From Nitrosopumilaceae archaeon (GTDB taxonomy: Archaea; Thermoproteota; Nitrososphaeria; Nitrososphaerales; Nitrosopumilaceae), in the NCBI GenBank assembly GCA_965214835.1, contig CBDCCK010000002.1, positions 256,001 through 320,000 of the forward strand: a stretch of DNA of 64,000 nt, written 5' to 3'. The notes beneath the pieces are model-generated. The model saw only the letters and a program-made list of their open reading frames with translations. It was not told the DNA's origin and searched no databases. The first letter of the stretch is position 1. Each line of letters starts with the position of its first letter. Position numbers and translations under genes: made by a program. Positions 1 through 10,123 of the stretch are shown piece by piece.

Positions 1-854
1 CTGAATCTTGACATTGATGCCTCTCTTCTGGGCTGGGACATGTCCCCCTCAATGACCACCGTATCGAATTTCCTTCTTAGCAGGTATGCCACATCCCTTG
101 TCCTGTGTTTTGTAGAGCAGAATACGATGCACTGCCTTCCGTCATTTTCTTTTATGAAGTTAAAGAGGTGCTCTGGCTTGTCCCTGTCTTTTATTACCAA
201 GTAGGACTGGTCTATTCCCTCGCCGCTCAGATCGTCTGCGTCCAGCAGGAACTGCTTTGCGTCCCTCAGGTACTCCTCGCCCAGCCTCAGGATGTCTACC
301 GGCATTGTTGCAGAAAACATCGACATCGTCTTTTCCTCAGGTGTCCGCTGCAGGATAAACTTGATGTCATCGATAAATCCCATGTCCAGCATGGTATCTG
401 CCTCATCGAGTACCACGTGGGTTATGTCGTCCAGCCTGATCGAGCCCCTGTTGATGTGATCAATCAGTCTTCCAGGAGTAGCAACTAGAATTTCTGGGTT
501 TTTTCTCAATGCGTCAAGCTGAGATCCCATTCCCTGACCGCCGTAGATTGTGACAATCTTGATTCCGGTAAACCTGCCAAACTTTTTGATCTCGTCGGTA
601 ATCTGGTTTGCCAGCTCCCTCGTTGGCGCCAGTATCAAGCCCTGGATTCCTCTGCCGGCCTCGATGTTGTTTAGCAGCGGTACTCCAAATGCTGCCGTCT
701 TGCCAGAGCCCGTATGGGCCTGGCCTACCACGTCCCTGCCCTGCAGCAAAACCGGGATTGTAGCCTCCTGGATCGGAAACGTGTCCTCAAATCCCATCTT
801 GGCCAGCCCCTCTAGTATGGATGTCTTTATCCCCAATTCCTCAAATTTTGTCAT
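1..854 (-). CDS. DEAD-box RNA helicase (3' end runs off the window)
   Basis: Manual translation from ATG at 854: MTKFEELGI...Q motif FPIQE, AHTGSGKT, LAPTRELA, ATPGRL, VLDEAD, FSAT. Not in the ORF track because it is open at the window edge. Confidence 0.95.
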   Translation of the reverse strand, partial: MTKFEELGIKTSILEGLAKMGFEDTFPIQEATIPVLLQGRDVVGQAHTGSGKTAAFGVPLLNNIEAGRGIQGLILAPTRELANQITDEIKKFGRFTGIKIVTIYGGQGMGSQLDALRKNPEILVATPGRLIDHINRGSIRLDDITHVVLDEADTMLDMGFIDDIKFILQRTPEEKTMSMFSATMPVDILRLGEEYLRDAKQFLLDADDLSGEGIDQSYLVIKDRDKPEHLFNFIKENDGRQCIVFCSTKHRTRDVAYLLRRKFDTVVIEGDMSQPRREASMSRF

Positions 855-985
855 TTCGTATTTTTCTCGTTCTCTTAGCAATGACAGAAAAGCTCACTGC
901 TAGTCCGCCATTATTCCGATGACCTGATCGCATTTTCGCCACTAATAAACCCTTGATTTTCCAAAATGCCAGCTCGTGACACTAT

Positions 986-1063
986 TGGAGCCAATGGTGG
1001 GATCTGAACCCACGACCTTTCGCTTACAAGGCGAATGCTCTAGCCGGGCTGAGCTACATTGGC
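986..1063 (-). tRNA. tRNA-Thr(TGT)
   Basis: Reverse complement GCCAATGTAGCTCAG...TTCGC-CTTGTAA-GCGAA...GGTTCAGATCC...CATTGGCTCCA folds as a cloverleaf; anticodon TGT; CCA encoded. Confidence 0.95.
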
Positions 1064-1300
1064 ACGAGTTTTTTGCCCAGCTTGAAGCTTTAAAGTGTTA
1101 TCTCAGGTTTTTGCACGGGCCACACGCCCCTCAGGCAGTCAGGCACGAATCTGCATGCAGTTGTGACCCTCATGCCTGGCCAGCAGGGGGATGTGGCCTC
1201 GTACGGTTTTTACCGCCAATTTTTAATATGCTCAAACCTTGAGCAAGACAGTTTGAAGTTCAAATATGTCGATCCACAAAAACTCAAAATCATAACCGGT

Positions 1301-1480
1301 ATGTTCCTTGGCACTGGAGCCGTGGGGATCTTACTGGGCTTGCAGCATGACGTGTTTTACATTACCATGATGGGCACAATCAATCTTTGTCTGGGCGGGT
1401 TTACCGGATGGCTGCTTTTGACGCAGGCGCCCAAGGCCCGAGATGCAAGAAAGAGAAGGCGTGGCGGCGACAAAAAATAA
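1301..1480 (+). CDS. small two-TM membrane protein (start uncertain)
   Basis: Two hydrophobic segments and a basic tail in the 3' part of ORF 1163..1480. Confidence 0.6.
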   Translation: MFLGTGAVGILLGLQHDVFYITMMGTINLCLGGFTGWLLLTQAPKARDARKRRRGGDKK

Positions 1481-1551
1481 CGCCTGTTTGTTTAAAACCA
1501 AGCCCGCATCGTCTTGGGATTTGTTAAATACTAAACCGTGCTGTAAGTGTC

Positions 1552-2007
1552 ATGGAGGAGGGAGAAATCGCGCCCAGCTTTGAGCTGCAGGATCAAGACG
1601 GAAGCCGCGTATCCCTTGAGTCATTCCGGGGCAGGGAAAACGTAGTGCTCTGCTTTTATCCCAAAAACCACATCTTTGGATGCCCCTCAAGGAAGGTCTT
1701 CAAAATGGCTGAAAGCGTAGTTGCCTCATATCCGGACATTCGGTCTGCTGGATCGGCCTTGTTTGCCATTTCAATTGACACCGTAGACTCTCAGAAAAAA
1801 TTTGTTGATGAATACTCCATCCCATATGCGCATCTGAGCGATCCCTCAAAGGATGTCTGCAGGCAGTACGCCGGACTGAACATAGCCGGCATGGCAAAAA
1901 GGGCCACCTTTATCATAGACAAAGCGGGAAAAATCCGCAGAATCTTCCGCCAAGCGAACGCCGACAGTCATGGACGGGAGATCGTCTCTGCCCTAAGGCA
2001 GCTTTGA
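1552..2007 (+). CDS. peroxiredoxin (BCP/AhpC-TSA family)
   Basis: APSFELQDQDG..VSL, FYPK..IFGC, RATFIIDKAGKIR motifs. Confidence 0.85.
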   Translation: MEEGEIAPSFELQDQDGSRVSLESFRGRENVVLCFYPKNHIFGCPSRKVFKMAESVVASYPDIRSAGSALFAISIDTVDSQKKFVDEYSIPYAHLSDPSKDVCRQYAGLNIAGMAKRATFIIDKAGKIRRIFRQANADSHGREIVSALRQL

Positions 2008-2012
2008 TGCAC

Positions 2013-2102
2013 GTAGGAGCTTGCCCCTCCAGAAAATACGGCGTGGGGAGCATGGTGATCAAGGCCTTGGCCGGCAGTGTCGCCTAGGGGGCAAACCCTT
2101 AC
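2013..2102 (+). repeat. ~90-bp MITE-like repeat, family A, copy 1
   Basis: Arms GTAGGAGCTTGCCCC / GGGGCAAACCCTTAC; flanking direct repeat TGATGCAC / TGATGCCC; interior shared with the other copies. Confidence 0.85.
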
Positions 2103-2154
2103 TGATGCCCCTCTCAAAAGTATAAATAATTAGCCTATTTCTGAAGATTCAGAT

Positions 2155-2706
2155 TTGCTAGACCTGGTGGCCAAGAAACTATTCCTGACTCGTGGAAGAG
2201 GAGTCCACGAGGATCGCCTGACTAGCTTTGAGTATGCCTTGCGTGATGCCGGAATTGCAGGCACAAACCTCGTGCTGATCTCAAGCATCTTCCCGCCAAA
2301 CGCAAGATTGATCTCAAAGTCGCAGGGACTCAAGGAAATCAGCGCCGGGCAGATTCTCTTTACGATATACTCCAAAAATCAGACCAACGAGCCCCATAGG
2401 CTGTGCGGCGCATCCGTTGGAATCGCAAGGCCTGCCGATCCCAAACGCTACGGGTATCTCTCCGAGTACGACTCGTTTGGGCAAAATGAAAAGCAGGCAG
2501 GCGACTATGCAGAGGACATTGCAGCACAGATGCTTGCATCCTCGCTGGGCATACCGTTTGATGTCGACAAGAACTGGGACGAAAAGCGCCAGCAGTGGAA
2601 CGTGTCAGGACAGATCTACAAGACCCAGAACATCACGCAGACTGCAAAGGGCGACAAGGATGGAAGGTGGACGACCGTTTTTGCCGCCGCGGTGCTGCTG
2701 CTCTAG
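2155..2706 (+). CDS. pdaD: pyruvoyl-dependent arginine decarboxylase
   Basis: SFEYALRDAGIAGTNLVLISSIFPP with the SS self-cleavage site, GYLSEY, WTTVFAAAV. Confidence 0.9.
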   Translation: MLDLVAKKLFLTRGRGVHEDRLTSFEYALRDAGIAGTNLVLISSIFPPNARLISKSQGLKEISAGQILFTIYSKNQTNEPHRLCGASVGIARPADPKRYGYLSEYDSFGQNEKQAGDYAEDIAAQMLASSLGIPFDVDKNWDEKRQQWNVSGQIYKTQNITQTAKGDKDGRWTTVFAAAVLLL

Positions 2707-3872
2707 GGGCCCCTCCGGTATCCCTTGAGGTAAAACCCGGCAGCCGCAGCTGCAAAAATTGCTATGATTGCCACGACTGCGATTGATTCGTCGACCTTCA
2801 ACGGCGCCTCGCCCGGGTTGATCTGCGCCCCATCCCCAATCGCGCCGAATGTCAGTGCCAGCTCGTCGCCATTTGCGGACGTCCTTGTCCCAAACAGATA
2901 CTTTGCCTCGATCTTCGTTCCGCTTGTGGCATCAAACACCCACCCGTTTTGTCTAAACTCCGTGGGAATCGTCTGGCCGTCAACCTCCCTCGTCGGAATC
3001 AGACTCGAGTCATGGTCTTTTAGCTCTATTTGCTCGGGTGACAGGATAGTTATCTGTACGATTGAATTGAGTGGGTAGAAGCCGCCCGCAAAATAGTTTG
3101 ATCTCTCGATACTGTCAACTAGGAGGTACTCTAGGGGCCCAAACTGATTCGTGTCCTCCGCTCCGCCGTACTCCGTTGCGACCCTGATTTGAAACAGTGA
3201 CGTTCCCTGGGTAGGTATTATCGACAGTGCCATATGCGCGTTCTCGTGTGCAGAGATTGCAGTCCCCACGTCAAAGAACCCCCCGGCATTTCTAATTTGC
3301 CCGGCTATTGTCGAGGATGCTATTTTTTGATACATCGAGTACGTGTCTTCCTGCGGCATCGTATACACTGCAGAGACCACGTCCCTTCCTGAAACCGCCC
3401 CTGATGTTTCCAGTATCAGGTTGATTGCGTCCCTATGGTGTAAAAAGCTTGAGTGATACTCTGCATCGGTGTCAAAAACGGAGTTTAGCCTGTCTATTAG
3501 CCTGTCCCCGTTTTCCTTTGCGGCGTCTTGTATCTTGATAATGTTGGTATCCTCCGGGGTCCTTGCTATGTTTACCAGAATGCAGCTCTCATCAACCACC
3601 CCCAGCACGCCGCATCCCTCCTGGTTGGTCAGGATCACAGACACAATCCTAGGGTTGTCCACGATGTCCTGGTTCAGATCGCTTGGAACCAAAATTTCCT
3701 GATTGCTGGTACTTTGCAGCGTGATTGATGCGGTAACGTTTCCTGTCAGCGTCCTGTCTACCAAAACTTGGGCAGTCTCTTGGAACGTGGCCAGCTGCAG
3801 CTCCTGCGAATAGGCATCGCCAGCTGCAAGCCCCACCGCCAGGATCATAATCACCCCCAAAAGCCAGTACAT
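2703..3872 (-). CDS. secreted/surface protein with C-terminal TM anchor
   Basis: N-terminal signal peptide; C-terminal hydrophobic helix followed by KGYRR. Confidence 0.8.
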   Translation of the reverse strand: MYWLLGVIMILAVGLAAGDAYSQELQLATFQETAQVLVDRTLTGNVTASITLQSTSNQEILVPSDLNQDIVDNPRIVSVILTNQEGCGVLGVVDESCILVNIARTPEDTNIIKIQDAAKENGDRLIDRLNSVFDTDAEYHSSFLHHRDAINLILETSGAVSGRDVVSAVYTMPQEDTYSMYQKIASSTIAGQIRNAGGFFDVGTAISAHENAHMALSIIPTQGTSLFQIRVATEYGGAEDTNQFGPLEYLLVDSIERSNYFAGGFYPLNSIVQITILSPEQIELKDHDSSLIPTREVDGQTIPTEFRQNGWVFDATSGTKIEAKYLFGTRTSANGDELALTFGAIGDGAQINPGEAPLKVDESIAVVAIIAIFAAAAAGFYLKGYRRGP

Positions 3873-3917
3873 CAGCTGAAAAAACCCATTTTGAAATTAT
3901 TAAGGTTACGTACGGAA

Positions 3918-3983
3918 CCTGCATGACCGTGATTTTAGGATGGGTGGGTTGGTTGCTTTTACGCGCCCGCACGGTTATGAAAC
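3918..3983. repeat. ~66-bp inverted-repeat element, family B, copy 1
   Basis: TGCATGACCGTG / CACGGTTATGAA ends; interior ATTTTAGG...TTACGCG shared with 12868 and 57788. Confidence 0.6.
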
Positions 3984-4679
3984 ACACTATGGCTGGCCCC
4001 TCCCTTTTTTTATCAAAGCTGACTGTTTTTGTGGTTTTTGGCGCAGCCATGGCGGTTCTTACAAGCCACATCTATGCCCACTATTTTGCATACTTGTTTT
4101 AAATCGAATTCATAGAGTTCGAATACGTGGAAAACGTTGAAACGGGCATGAGCCGGCTTGAAGCGGCAAACCTGATCTACAGGGACTTTTCCAATACATC
4201 AAACGATGCGATCGGGGTTTGGTCTTTGGTTGGAATGTAAAGCGTCCGCTAGGCGACGTGCAAGAGTTTTACCATTGGGAGGGCTACGACAGGGCAGATG
4301 GTGCGGATTGGCGTGATCCCGCAGACGATGGGAGAACCTGTCTTGACTACAGGCTTGTCGACATAACGCAGCAAAACGTCGTCGGCTATTTTGACCCATG
4401 GTTACGACTGAAAGCCTTTGATCATCAAAAAGCGCATTCCTGCGTAATTCATACCCATATGTGCAGTTAAGTGAAATGTAGGTCGGATTGTTGTTCCTGT
4501 CTTGTCATTGAGGCGTAGCGCATCTTGTCCGGTTTCTTTTTTGCTCGATTTTTTGGTACATTTCACTTAGCTGAAAGGTGGAGAAGGTTGAAAGAGAGAA
4601 CCGGCAGCTGTAAAGCGAACGCCAAGCGGCTTTCCACCGCACTTATCATGTGCGTACCTTCTGCCGGATCCTGCTGCAC

Positions 4680-5312
4680 CTAGATCTCCATCTTGGTCTT
4701 TATCTTGGATATCTCGTTTTCCAGCTTTTGAAACCTAGAATCTAGCATGTCGCTGACGTTGGAGGACAGCTGGCGTATCTCCCCTATCGTCTGATCCTGC
4801 TTGTCCAGCATCTGATCCTGCTTGTCCAGCATCTGATCCTGCTTGTCCAGCATCTGATCCTGCTTGTCCAGCATCTGATCCTGCTTGTCCAGCATCTGAT
4901 CCTGCTTCGAATCTATGGATTTTAAATACATGGAGCCGGTACTGAACCCCTTGGTGGTCTCATTCACAAGGATGTGCATCATTTTAAGAAGCATTTGGTT
5001 CTCTGGCGACACGTTCTTTGGCACCTCCTCGTCTAGCCCGTCATGTTTTATGCGAAAAGTCGGGTACTGGCTTGCACCTTCTGAATACTCGGATCGGATG
5101 TTTTTGATCAGGACGGGCCTTGGAAGGTTTCTTATGGATTCGAGCATTGCGTCGATGTCCTCGCGTCTTCCCTCACACACAATCTCGACTGTGCCGTCCT
5201 CTAGGTTCTTGACGTATCCGTGAATCCCGCGCTGCGTCGCCTCTGCCTGCACGAGGTAGCGGAGTCCGACTCCTTGGACTGTTCCTTCAAGTAAGAATGC
5301 GGCCCTTTGCAT
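4680..5312 (-). CDS. acylphosphatase-domain protein with C-terminal heptad-repeat coiled coil
   Basis: GTVQGVGLR, GYVKNLEDGTVEI acylphosphatase motifs; (KQDQMLD)n repeat. Confidence 0.85.
   Translation of the reverse strand: MQRAAFLLEGTVQGVGLRYLVQAEATQRGIHGYVKNLEDGTVEIVCEGRREDIDAMLESIRNLPRPVLIKNIRSEYSEGASQYPTFRIKHDGLDEEVPKNVSPENQMLLKMMHILVNETTKGFSTGSMYLKSIDSKQDQMLDKQDQMLDKQDQMLDKQDQMLDKQDQMLDKQDQTIGEIRQLSSNVSDMLDSRFQKLENEISKIKTKMEI
4791..4907. repeat. 21-bp perfect tandem repeat (5 full units plus 12 bp), coding
   Basis: CTGATCCTGCTTGTCCAGCAT repeated with no spacers. Confidence 0.95.
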
Positions 5313-5730
5313 ACGGACAGTTGCCGCCGTGTGTATATTACAATTGTGGTGTGCTCACTCCTGACTCTGCATGACTGGTTCATCGCATGGTGGTTGTCGT
5401 CCAATCCACTTTAGGTTTAGTATCCACATCAAAAAGTAGATCATAGTTTGCAACAGCTCGAACTCAAAGCTCAGGCGTGAATTTTGCCACCTCGGAGGCC
5501 CTCCCAGACACACCCCTAGCCGGAGGAAGACCTGGAAAAACCACAGCACGCAAAGATCAGTACCTGCTTTCCAAGTATTAGTTGGGGATCCTGACATTAC
5601 GGATGAGTACTGGAACAATTCCAACATACTCTGCCTGCTTGAACACAGGAAGGATGGGTAAGGCTGAAAAAGAGAATTGGTAGCTGCAAAGCGGATACCA
5701 GCAGCTACAAGAAGAGAACCAGTATAGCAT

Positions 5731-5994
5731 CTACGTCATTCGCTTGCTCATTTTTGCCGCCTTTGTCTCTCCCCTGCGCACCATGACGCGCATAGATTCC
5801 TGCATCTCGTCGACGGTCTCGTATAGCCAGTTTGCAGTTGCCTTTTTGAACCCGCGCCACTGCCATTCTGTATTATTCAGCTGCGGCGTGTACAGCGGCA
5901 AGTACTTTAACACCACATCCCTGTTCCACTCGGCCATCCTTCTCTTGAGATCCCCCGACTTGTGATACGATGCATTGTCTATAAACAGCAACAC
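5731..5994 (-). pseudogene. IS630-family transposase C-terminal fragment
   Basis: DNASYHKS, YLPLYTPQLNNTE motifs; N-terminus missing. Confidence 0.85.
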
Positions 5995-6052
5995 CGTGAT
6001 CCCAGTGAGCTGCTGAGAGGCGGTTCATGATTAAAAACCACGTGAGCGCCAA

Positions 6053-6150
6053 GACCATAATAATGACTGAAAGTTTTTGAGCACCTATGGGCATGAAATA
6101 TGCAGGAAGACGCTTTTTGATGATCAAAGACTTTCAGTCGCCACTATAGC
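6053..6150. repeat. ~98-bp MITE-like element, family C, copy 1
   Basis: Imperfect TIR GACCATAATAATGACTGAAAGTTTTTGA / TCAAAGACTTTCAGTCGCCACTATAGC; homologous to 9053-9151. Confidence 0.7.
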
Positions 6151-6256
6151 ATCAATCTGTTAAATAACCTGACATGTAATGCGACTCTAGTCATTTTGAT
6201 CTGCTTTGCATGGTCACGTACACGTGATCAAGGATTGCCAACTGCGAGTCGCCTCG

Positions 6257-7933
6257 CTAGCTCCACCCCAGCGTGTCATAGTACGCCTTGGGAATCCTCG
6301 CTCTTGCCTTGTTCAGGACATGATGAACGGCAGAGTCCAGCACATAGGTCTTTGCCCAGTCCTTCTCGCTCCTTATGGAGCGGCCTAATCCCTGCAGCAG
6401 CTTCATCAGGGTCTGGGCGTCATACCAGAGCGGGAACGAGTGCATTTTTTCGCTGACCCTTTTTTCTGCCAGGTTGGGGTATGGAACCTTTGCAATAATC
6501 TGGAACCTTGACAGATCGTCCTTGAGATCCACGCCCTCCCACAGTGACGACGAGAGCAGCACGCTGTTTGAAACCCCCGCGTGCTCGTCTAGCACCTCGT
6601 CCTGGGTCTGCCCGTCTGCATTTTTGCTGTGGCAGATTCTTATCCGCTTTTGGTTCTCCTCTGACAGGTTCTTTTTGATCTGGTGGCACCAGTAAATCGA
6701 CGAGGTGAGGATCAGACCCCTGTGCCCGGAATGCTCCGTCATTATGTCGTCGATCTTTTTAATCACCGCAAGCTTGTCTGCGTCAGTTGATCTGCTGTTT
6801 AGCCTGCGTATGTCCAAAAAGTCAACGCGCCTGTGCTCTATGGGAAATGGCGACTTTGGCGTATCAATTACTGCAACGTCTCCTGTCTTGAGGCCCGTAT
6901 TTTCACAAAAGCTGTCCCTGTCAATCGTCGCAGACATGTACAGCTGCAAGTCTGCCTTGAAAAACTCCCTTACATGCTTTGAGATATCAAGTGGTTTTAC
7001 CGATACCGACTTGAATCCCCCACCATAGTCAGTGTCTGGCTTGTTGATTACAAGGTTTTCCTTATCATCTAGCATCTCGACTCTGGCCTGGCTTGCCCTC
7101 TTGAATCTCGACTCCAGTCTTGAGACCAGCTCAAAGTCCGGATTTTGGATAAACGCCCTGCTTGATTCCAAGTCCCTGAGCTTCCTGGCATAGGACTCGG
7201 CCATGCCATCTACCAGCATGATCACAGAGTCAATATCCCCCAAATCATACGCCTCAAGATTTATTCCGCATTCGTCAACTGCTCCCCTGTAGATGTCGAT
7301 TCCGATAAACTGGATGATTTGATCCTCTATCTTGTGTGCCTCGTCAAATACTGCGACCCTTCTGTCCAGATAGTCTGCAAACAATTTCTGGTTGTACTTC
7401 ATTATTTGAAAATACGCAGAATAGTTCCACAGGGAGTGTGGCGCGGCCAGCCCCTCGTATTTTTGCTGGTAGTACAGGCATGAATCCACATAGTGTCTTC
7501 CCATCTCCACATCCTTGATTTTTGGCTTGAACTGGCATGTCTCCTCCACCGTCTTTCCGTCCTTTGACACCTTTTCAATGCACTGCCCCTTCTCACACGT
7601 CAGGCCCAGTCTTTTTGCCCTCGACGAGCTGCGCACCATCTGGTTTTTCATCAGCTTCAGGCATGGAAAGTTTGACTTTCCCTTGATGGGTTTTAGAAAG
7701 TCCATGTCCTTTGTGTACTGATCCTGCAGATGCTTTGATGCCGTGACCACAAATGAGCGCTCGCAGTACCTTGCAACGGCTCCTGCGATCAGGGACTTGC
7801 CCACCCCTGTCGGTGCAGACAGGATGATCTTTTTGTATCCAGACGAAATCCTCTCATCGATCTCCCGCAGGATGTCCTTTTGGATCTCCCTTGGGGAAAA
7901 ATTTGCCGGAAAGCTAGATAGGATGTCATCCAT
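6257..7933 (-). CDS. ATP-dependent DNA helicase, XPD/DinG (Rad3) family
   Basis: APTGVGKS, DEAH, Fe-S cysteines, LWEGVD, QGLGRSIR. Confidence 0.9.
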   Translation of the reverse strand: MDDILSSFPANFSPREIQKDILREIDERISSGYKKIILSAPTGVGKSLIAGAVARYCERSFVVTASKHLQDQYTKDMDFLKPIKGKSNFPCLKLMKNQMVRSSSRAKRLGLTCEKGQCIEKVSKDGKTVEETCQFKPKIKDVEMGRHYVDSCLYYQQKYEGLAAPHSLWNYSAYFQIMKYNQKLFADYLDRRVAVFDEAHKIEDQIIQFIGIDIYRGAVDECGINLEAYDLGDIDSVIMLVDGMAESYARKLRDLESSRAFIQNPDFELVSRLESRFKRASQARVEMLDDKENLVINKPDTDYGGGFKSVSVKPLDISKHVREFFKADLQLYMSATIDRDSFCENTGLKTGDVAVIDTPKSPFPIEHRRVDFLDIRRLNSRSTDADKLAVIKKIDDIMTEHSGHRGLILTSSIYWCHQIKKNLSEENQKRIRICHSKNADGQTQDEVLDEHAGVSNSVLLSSSLWEGVDLKDDLSRFQIIAKVPYPNLAEKRVSEKMHSFPLWYDAQTLMKLLQGLGRSIRSEKDWAKTYVLDSAVHHVLNKARARIPKAYYDTLGWS

Positions 7934-8371
7934 TAGTGAACTCTCCTAGGCTCTGCTTAAATTTCCTTTGTCTTGATCGGATGATCTAATCCCCTGACTT
8001 ATTCTGACAATCCGTGCAAAAAGTCAGTGCAGTATCCTCATCAAGAACAACTGAAACTCCGCTGGCATAGCATTTGTGACACAAGCCAATCATAACGTAG
8101 ATCCTAGCAACTAGGTACATTAATTTGCTCAGAGTTAATTTTGATTATGCTTTAGCTAATTGATTTTTAACAATGCACAGGCGATCATCGTTTATGATCG
8201 CTCACACGGCTAGGCCAATGCAAAAAGCCTGCCAATCTTTCCCCCCATGGCGGCTTGGGCCCCCATTCCACACGGCTCCTCCAATCGAGCCGGTTCCACC
8301 ACAGGCCTGCCTTCAAACCCCAGGCTCGGGCGCCGATCTGATGAGTAAAAAACCCTCATCTGTCCCACATG

Positions 8372-8461
8372 GTAAGAGCCTGCCATCTCCCGAGGATACG
8401 CAGTGTGGGCATGGTGATCAAGGTTCCTACCGGCAATGTCGCCTAGCGGGTAAACTCTTGC
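8372..8461 (+). repeat. ~90-bp MITE-like repeat, family A, copy 2
   Basis: GTAAGAGCCTGCC...GCATGGTGATCAAGG...TGTCGCCTAGCGGGTAAACTCTTGC. Confidence 0.8.
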
Positions 8462-8524
8462 CCCAAGGCAGCCAGCTAAAGATTTATGCTCGGTTCTTTT
8501 TGACTAGATGGTGGTGAGATCAAT

Positions 8525-8656
8525 TTGAAGGCACGATTTCCAGGCAAGTGTAGCGAGTGTGGGGAGCCAATCAAGGCCGGAAAGGAGATCTTGCAGAACT
8601 CTAAGGGAAACTGGGTTCACAAGTTCTGCTGTGATGTTGAAGAGGAGCTGCCCTAG
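8525..8656 (+). CDS. 43-aa zinc-finger-like small protein
   Basis: TTG start after GGTGGTGA; MKARFPGKCSECGEPIKAGKEILQNSKGNWVHKFCCDVEEELP (CxxC...HxxC). Confidence 0.7.
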   Translation: MKARFPGKCSECGEPIKAGKEILQNSKGNWVHKFCCDVEEELP

Positions 8657-9052
8657 ATCAACTTGGCGGAGCTTTAAGATGCGTGATGGCTCGGGATTAT
8701 CCGAGCCTTGTCACGCAGACTGCCCGTCTTCCCAGGATATGGGCAATTTCAGGCAGGCGTAGTGCGTACAGCTGAAGGTGGATAGTGTGTCAAAAATATG
8801 TATGAGGTCACCTACCCCTGTCAATCAGGCACGAATTGACATCTATGACTGTGATTTTCACGCCTAGACAGCAGGGGGACGTGACCACATACAAAAATAT
8901 TATATATTTTTTGATGTGTGCACTATGGCGCTGGAAATTTGAGCATACAGCAATCCTGGATGGTCAGAACGACTCAACCAACAATACAAGCACCACATGC
9001 GGCCACACCCTGCGGTAGTGCCGCGGTTCAACAGTACCGTAGTTTTGTGAAA

Positions 9053-9151
9053 AGCCATAGTGACGATTAAAAGTTCTTGGACGCATGTGGTTGTAAATTA
9101 CGAAGGAAGATGTTTTTTGATGATCAAAGACTTTCAATCACCATTATAGTC
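9053..9151. repeat. ~98-bp MITE-like element, family C, copy 2
   Basis: Shares GGAAGA..TTTTTGATGATCAAAGACTTTCA.TC.CCA.TATAG with 6053-6150. Confidence 0.7.
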
Positions 9152-9443
9152 GGAGTTATGCAACGGGCTGTTGGGCTGGCTGCGTATTTAAGACTCGGAT
9201 GGTGCACCGGCGGCATCCCGGGAGGCATCCGCTGGGTGTTTTTATGCCGGCGTGCCCATAATGCCGTGGGAAGGGATGGTTTGCGATGACTGATGCGTAT
9301 GCAATCGTGGCCGTCGGGCTTGCCCTCGCAGCTGTGTGCATCCCGGTTTTTCTCGACGCCTCGATTCGCACATGCAACCTCCCCGGCTGGGCGCTTTTTG
9401 AAAGGCCTTGCAGGGCAAAAGCTGCAGATCTGAACAGCGAAAA

Positions 9444-10121
9444 TCATACAGGTATCTTGATTGTGACCTTGGAGCCATCAGAGAGCTTTGCGGATCCGCG
9501 TATGTTGTGCCTGGAGATCAGCTCGATGACCGACGGGTCATGATGGGTGCGCTCCAGCCGGATCAGCTGCGAGTCAATGCTGTTGACCTTGCAGGCAAAG
9601 CACTTTACCCAGCCATATGTCCTCCTCCCGTCAGAGAACCCATCAATCCTGACTCCATCCATGGCATCCAGCTGCTTTGTTGCCTCAACATGCTCCCTTT
9701 TGTCCAGCTGGACGTTGAGGGTTCCCGGAAAGGGGACATGGCCGATTCTTGCCTTGAACTGCCTGGTGTATCCCCCAAGCGACATATAGTACGCGCCCTC
9801 GCCCATGCCCGAGACCAGCTTTCCCTCCAGGATGATCTGCGAGGGGGACGAGTCAAGGCTGTCATTTAGTATCCTGCCTAGCCTGATCATCTCGCCATAT
9901 CCCCGAGCGGTTATCCTGATCGAATGGTTTCTTCCGGCAGAGACTCGCTCAACAAACCCGTTTTTTTCCAGCTCCAGCAGGTGCTTGGAGGCTGCCTGCT
10001 GCGACTTGTGTACAGCCCTGCCCAGATCAGCAGTGGTAACTGTGACAAAGTTGTGCCTTGCACCCTTGGAGAGCAGGTGTGCAAGGGTCAGGATGTGTTG
10101 GACCTTGATGTCCGGCATCAA
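9444..10121 (-). CDS. ribK: CTP-dependent riboflavin kinase with N-terminal wHTH
   Basis: SQQAASKHL HTH, GKLVSGMGEGAYY, PFPGTLN, ERTHH..VIELIS. Confidence 0.92.
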   Translation of the reverse strand: MMPDIKVQHILTLAHLLSKGARHNFVTVTTADLGRAVHKSQQAASKHLLELEKNGFVERVSAGRNHSIRITARGYGEMIRLGRILNDSLDSSPSQIILEGKLVSGMGEGAYYMSLGGYTRQFKARIGHVPFPGTLNVQLDKREHVEATKQLDAMDGVRIDGFSDGRRTYGWVKCFACKVNSIDSQLIRLERTHHDPSVIELISRHNIRGSAKLSDGSKVTIKIPV

Positions 10122-10123
10122 GC

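Noticed and set aside
4128-4470. Possible frameshifted gene remnant
   Set aside because: Protein-like composition but no motif I can assign.
4791-4907. Possible CRISPR array
   Set aside because: Head-to-tail 21-bp units without spacers, in frame inside a CDS; no cas genes in the window.
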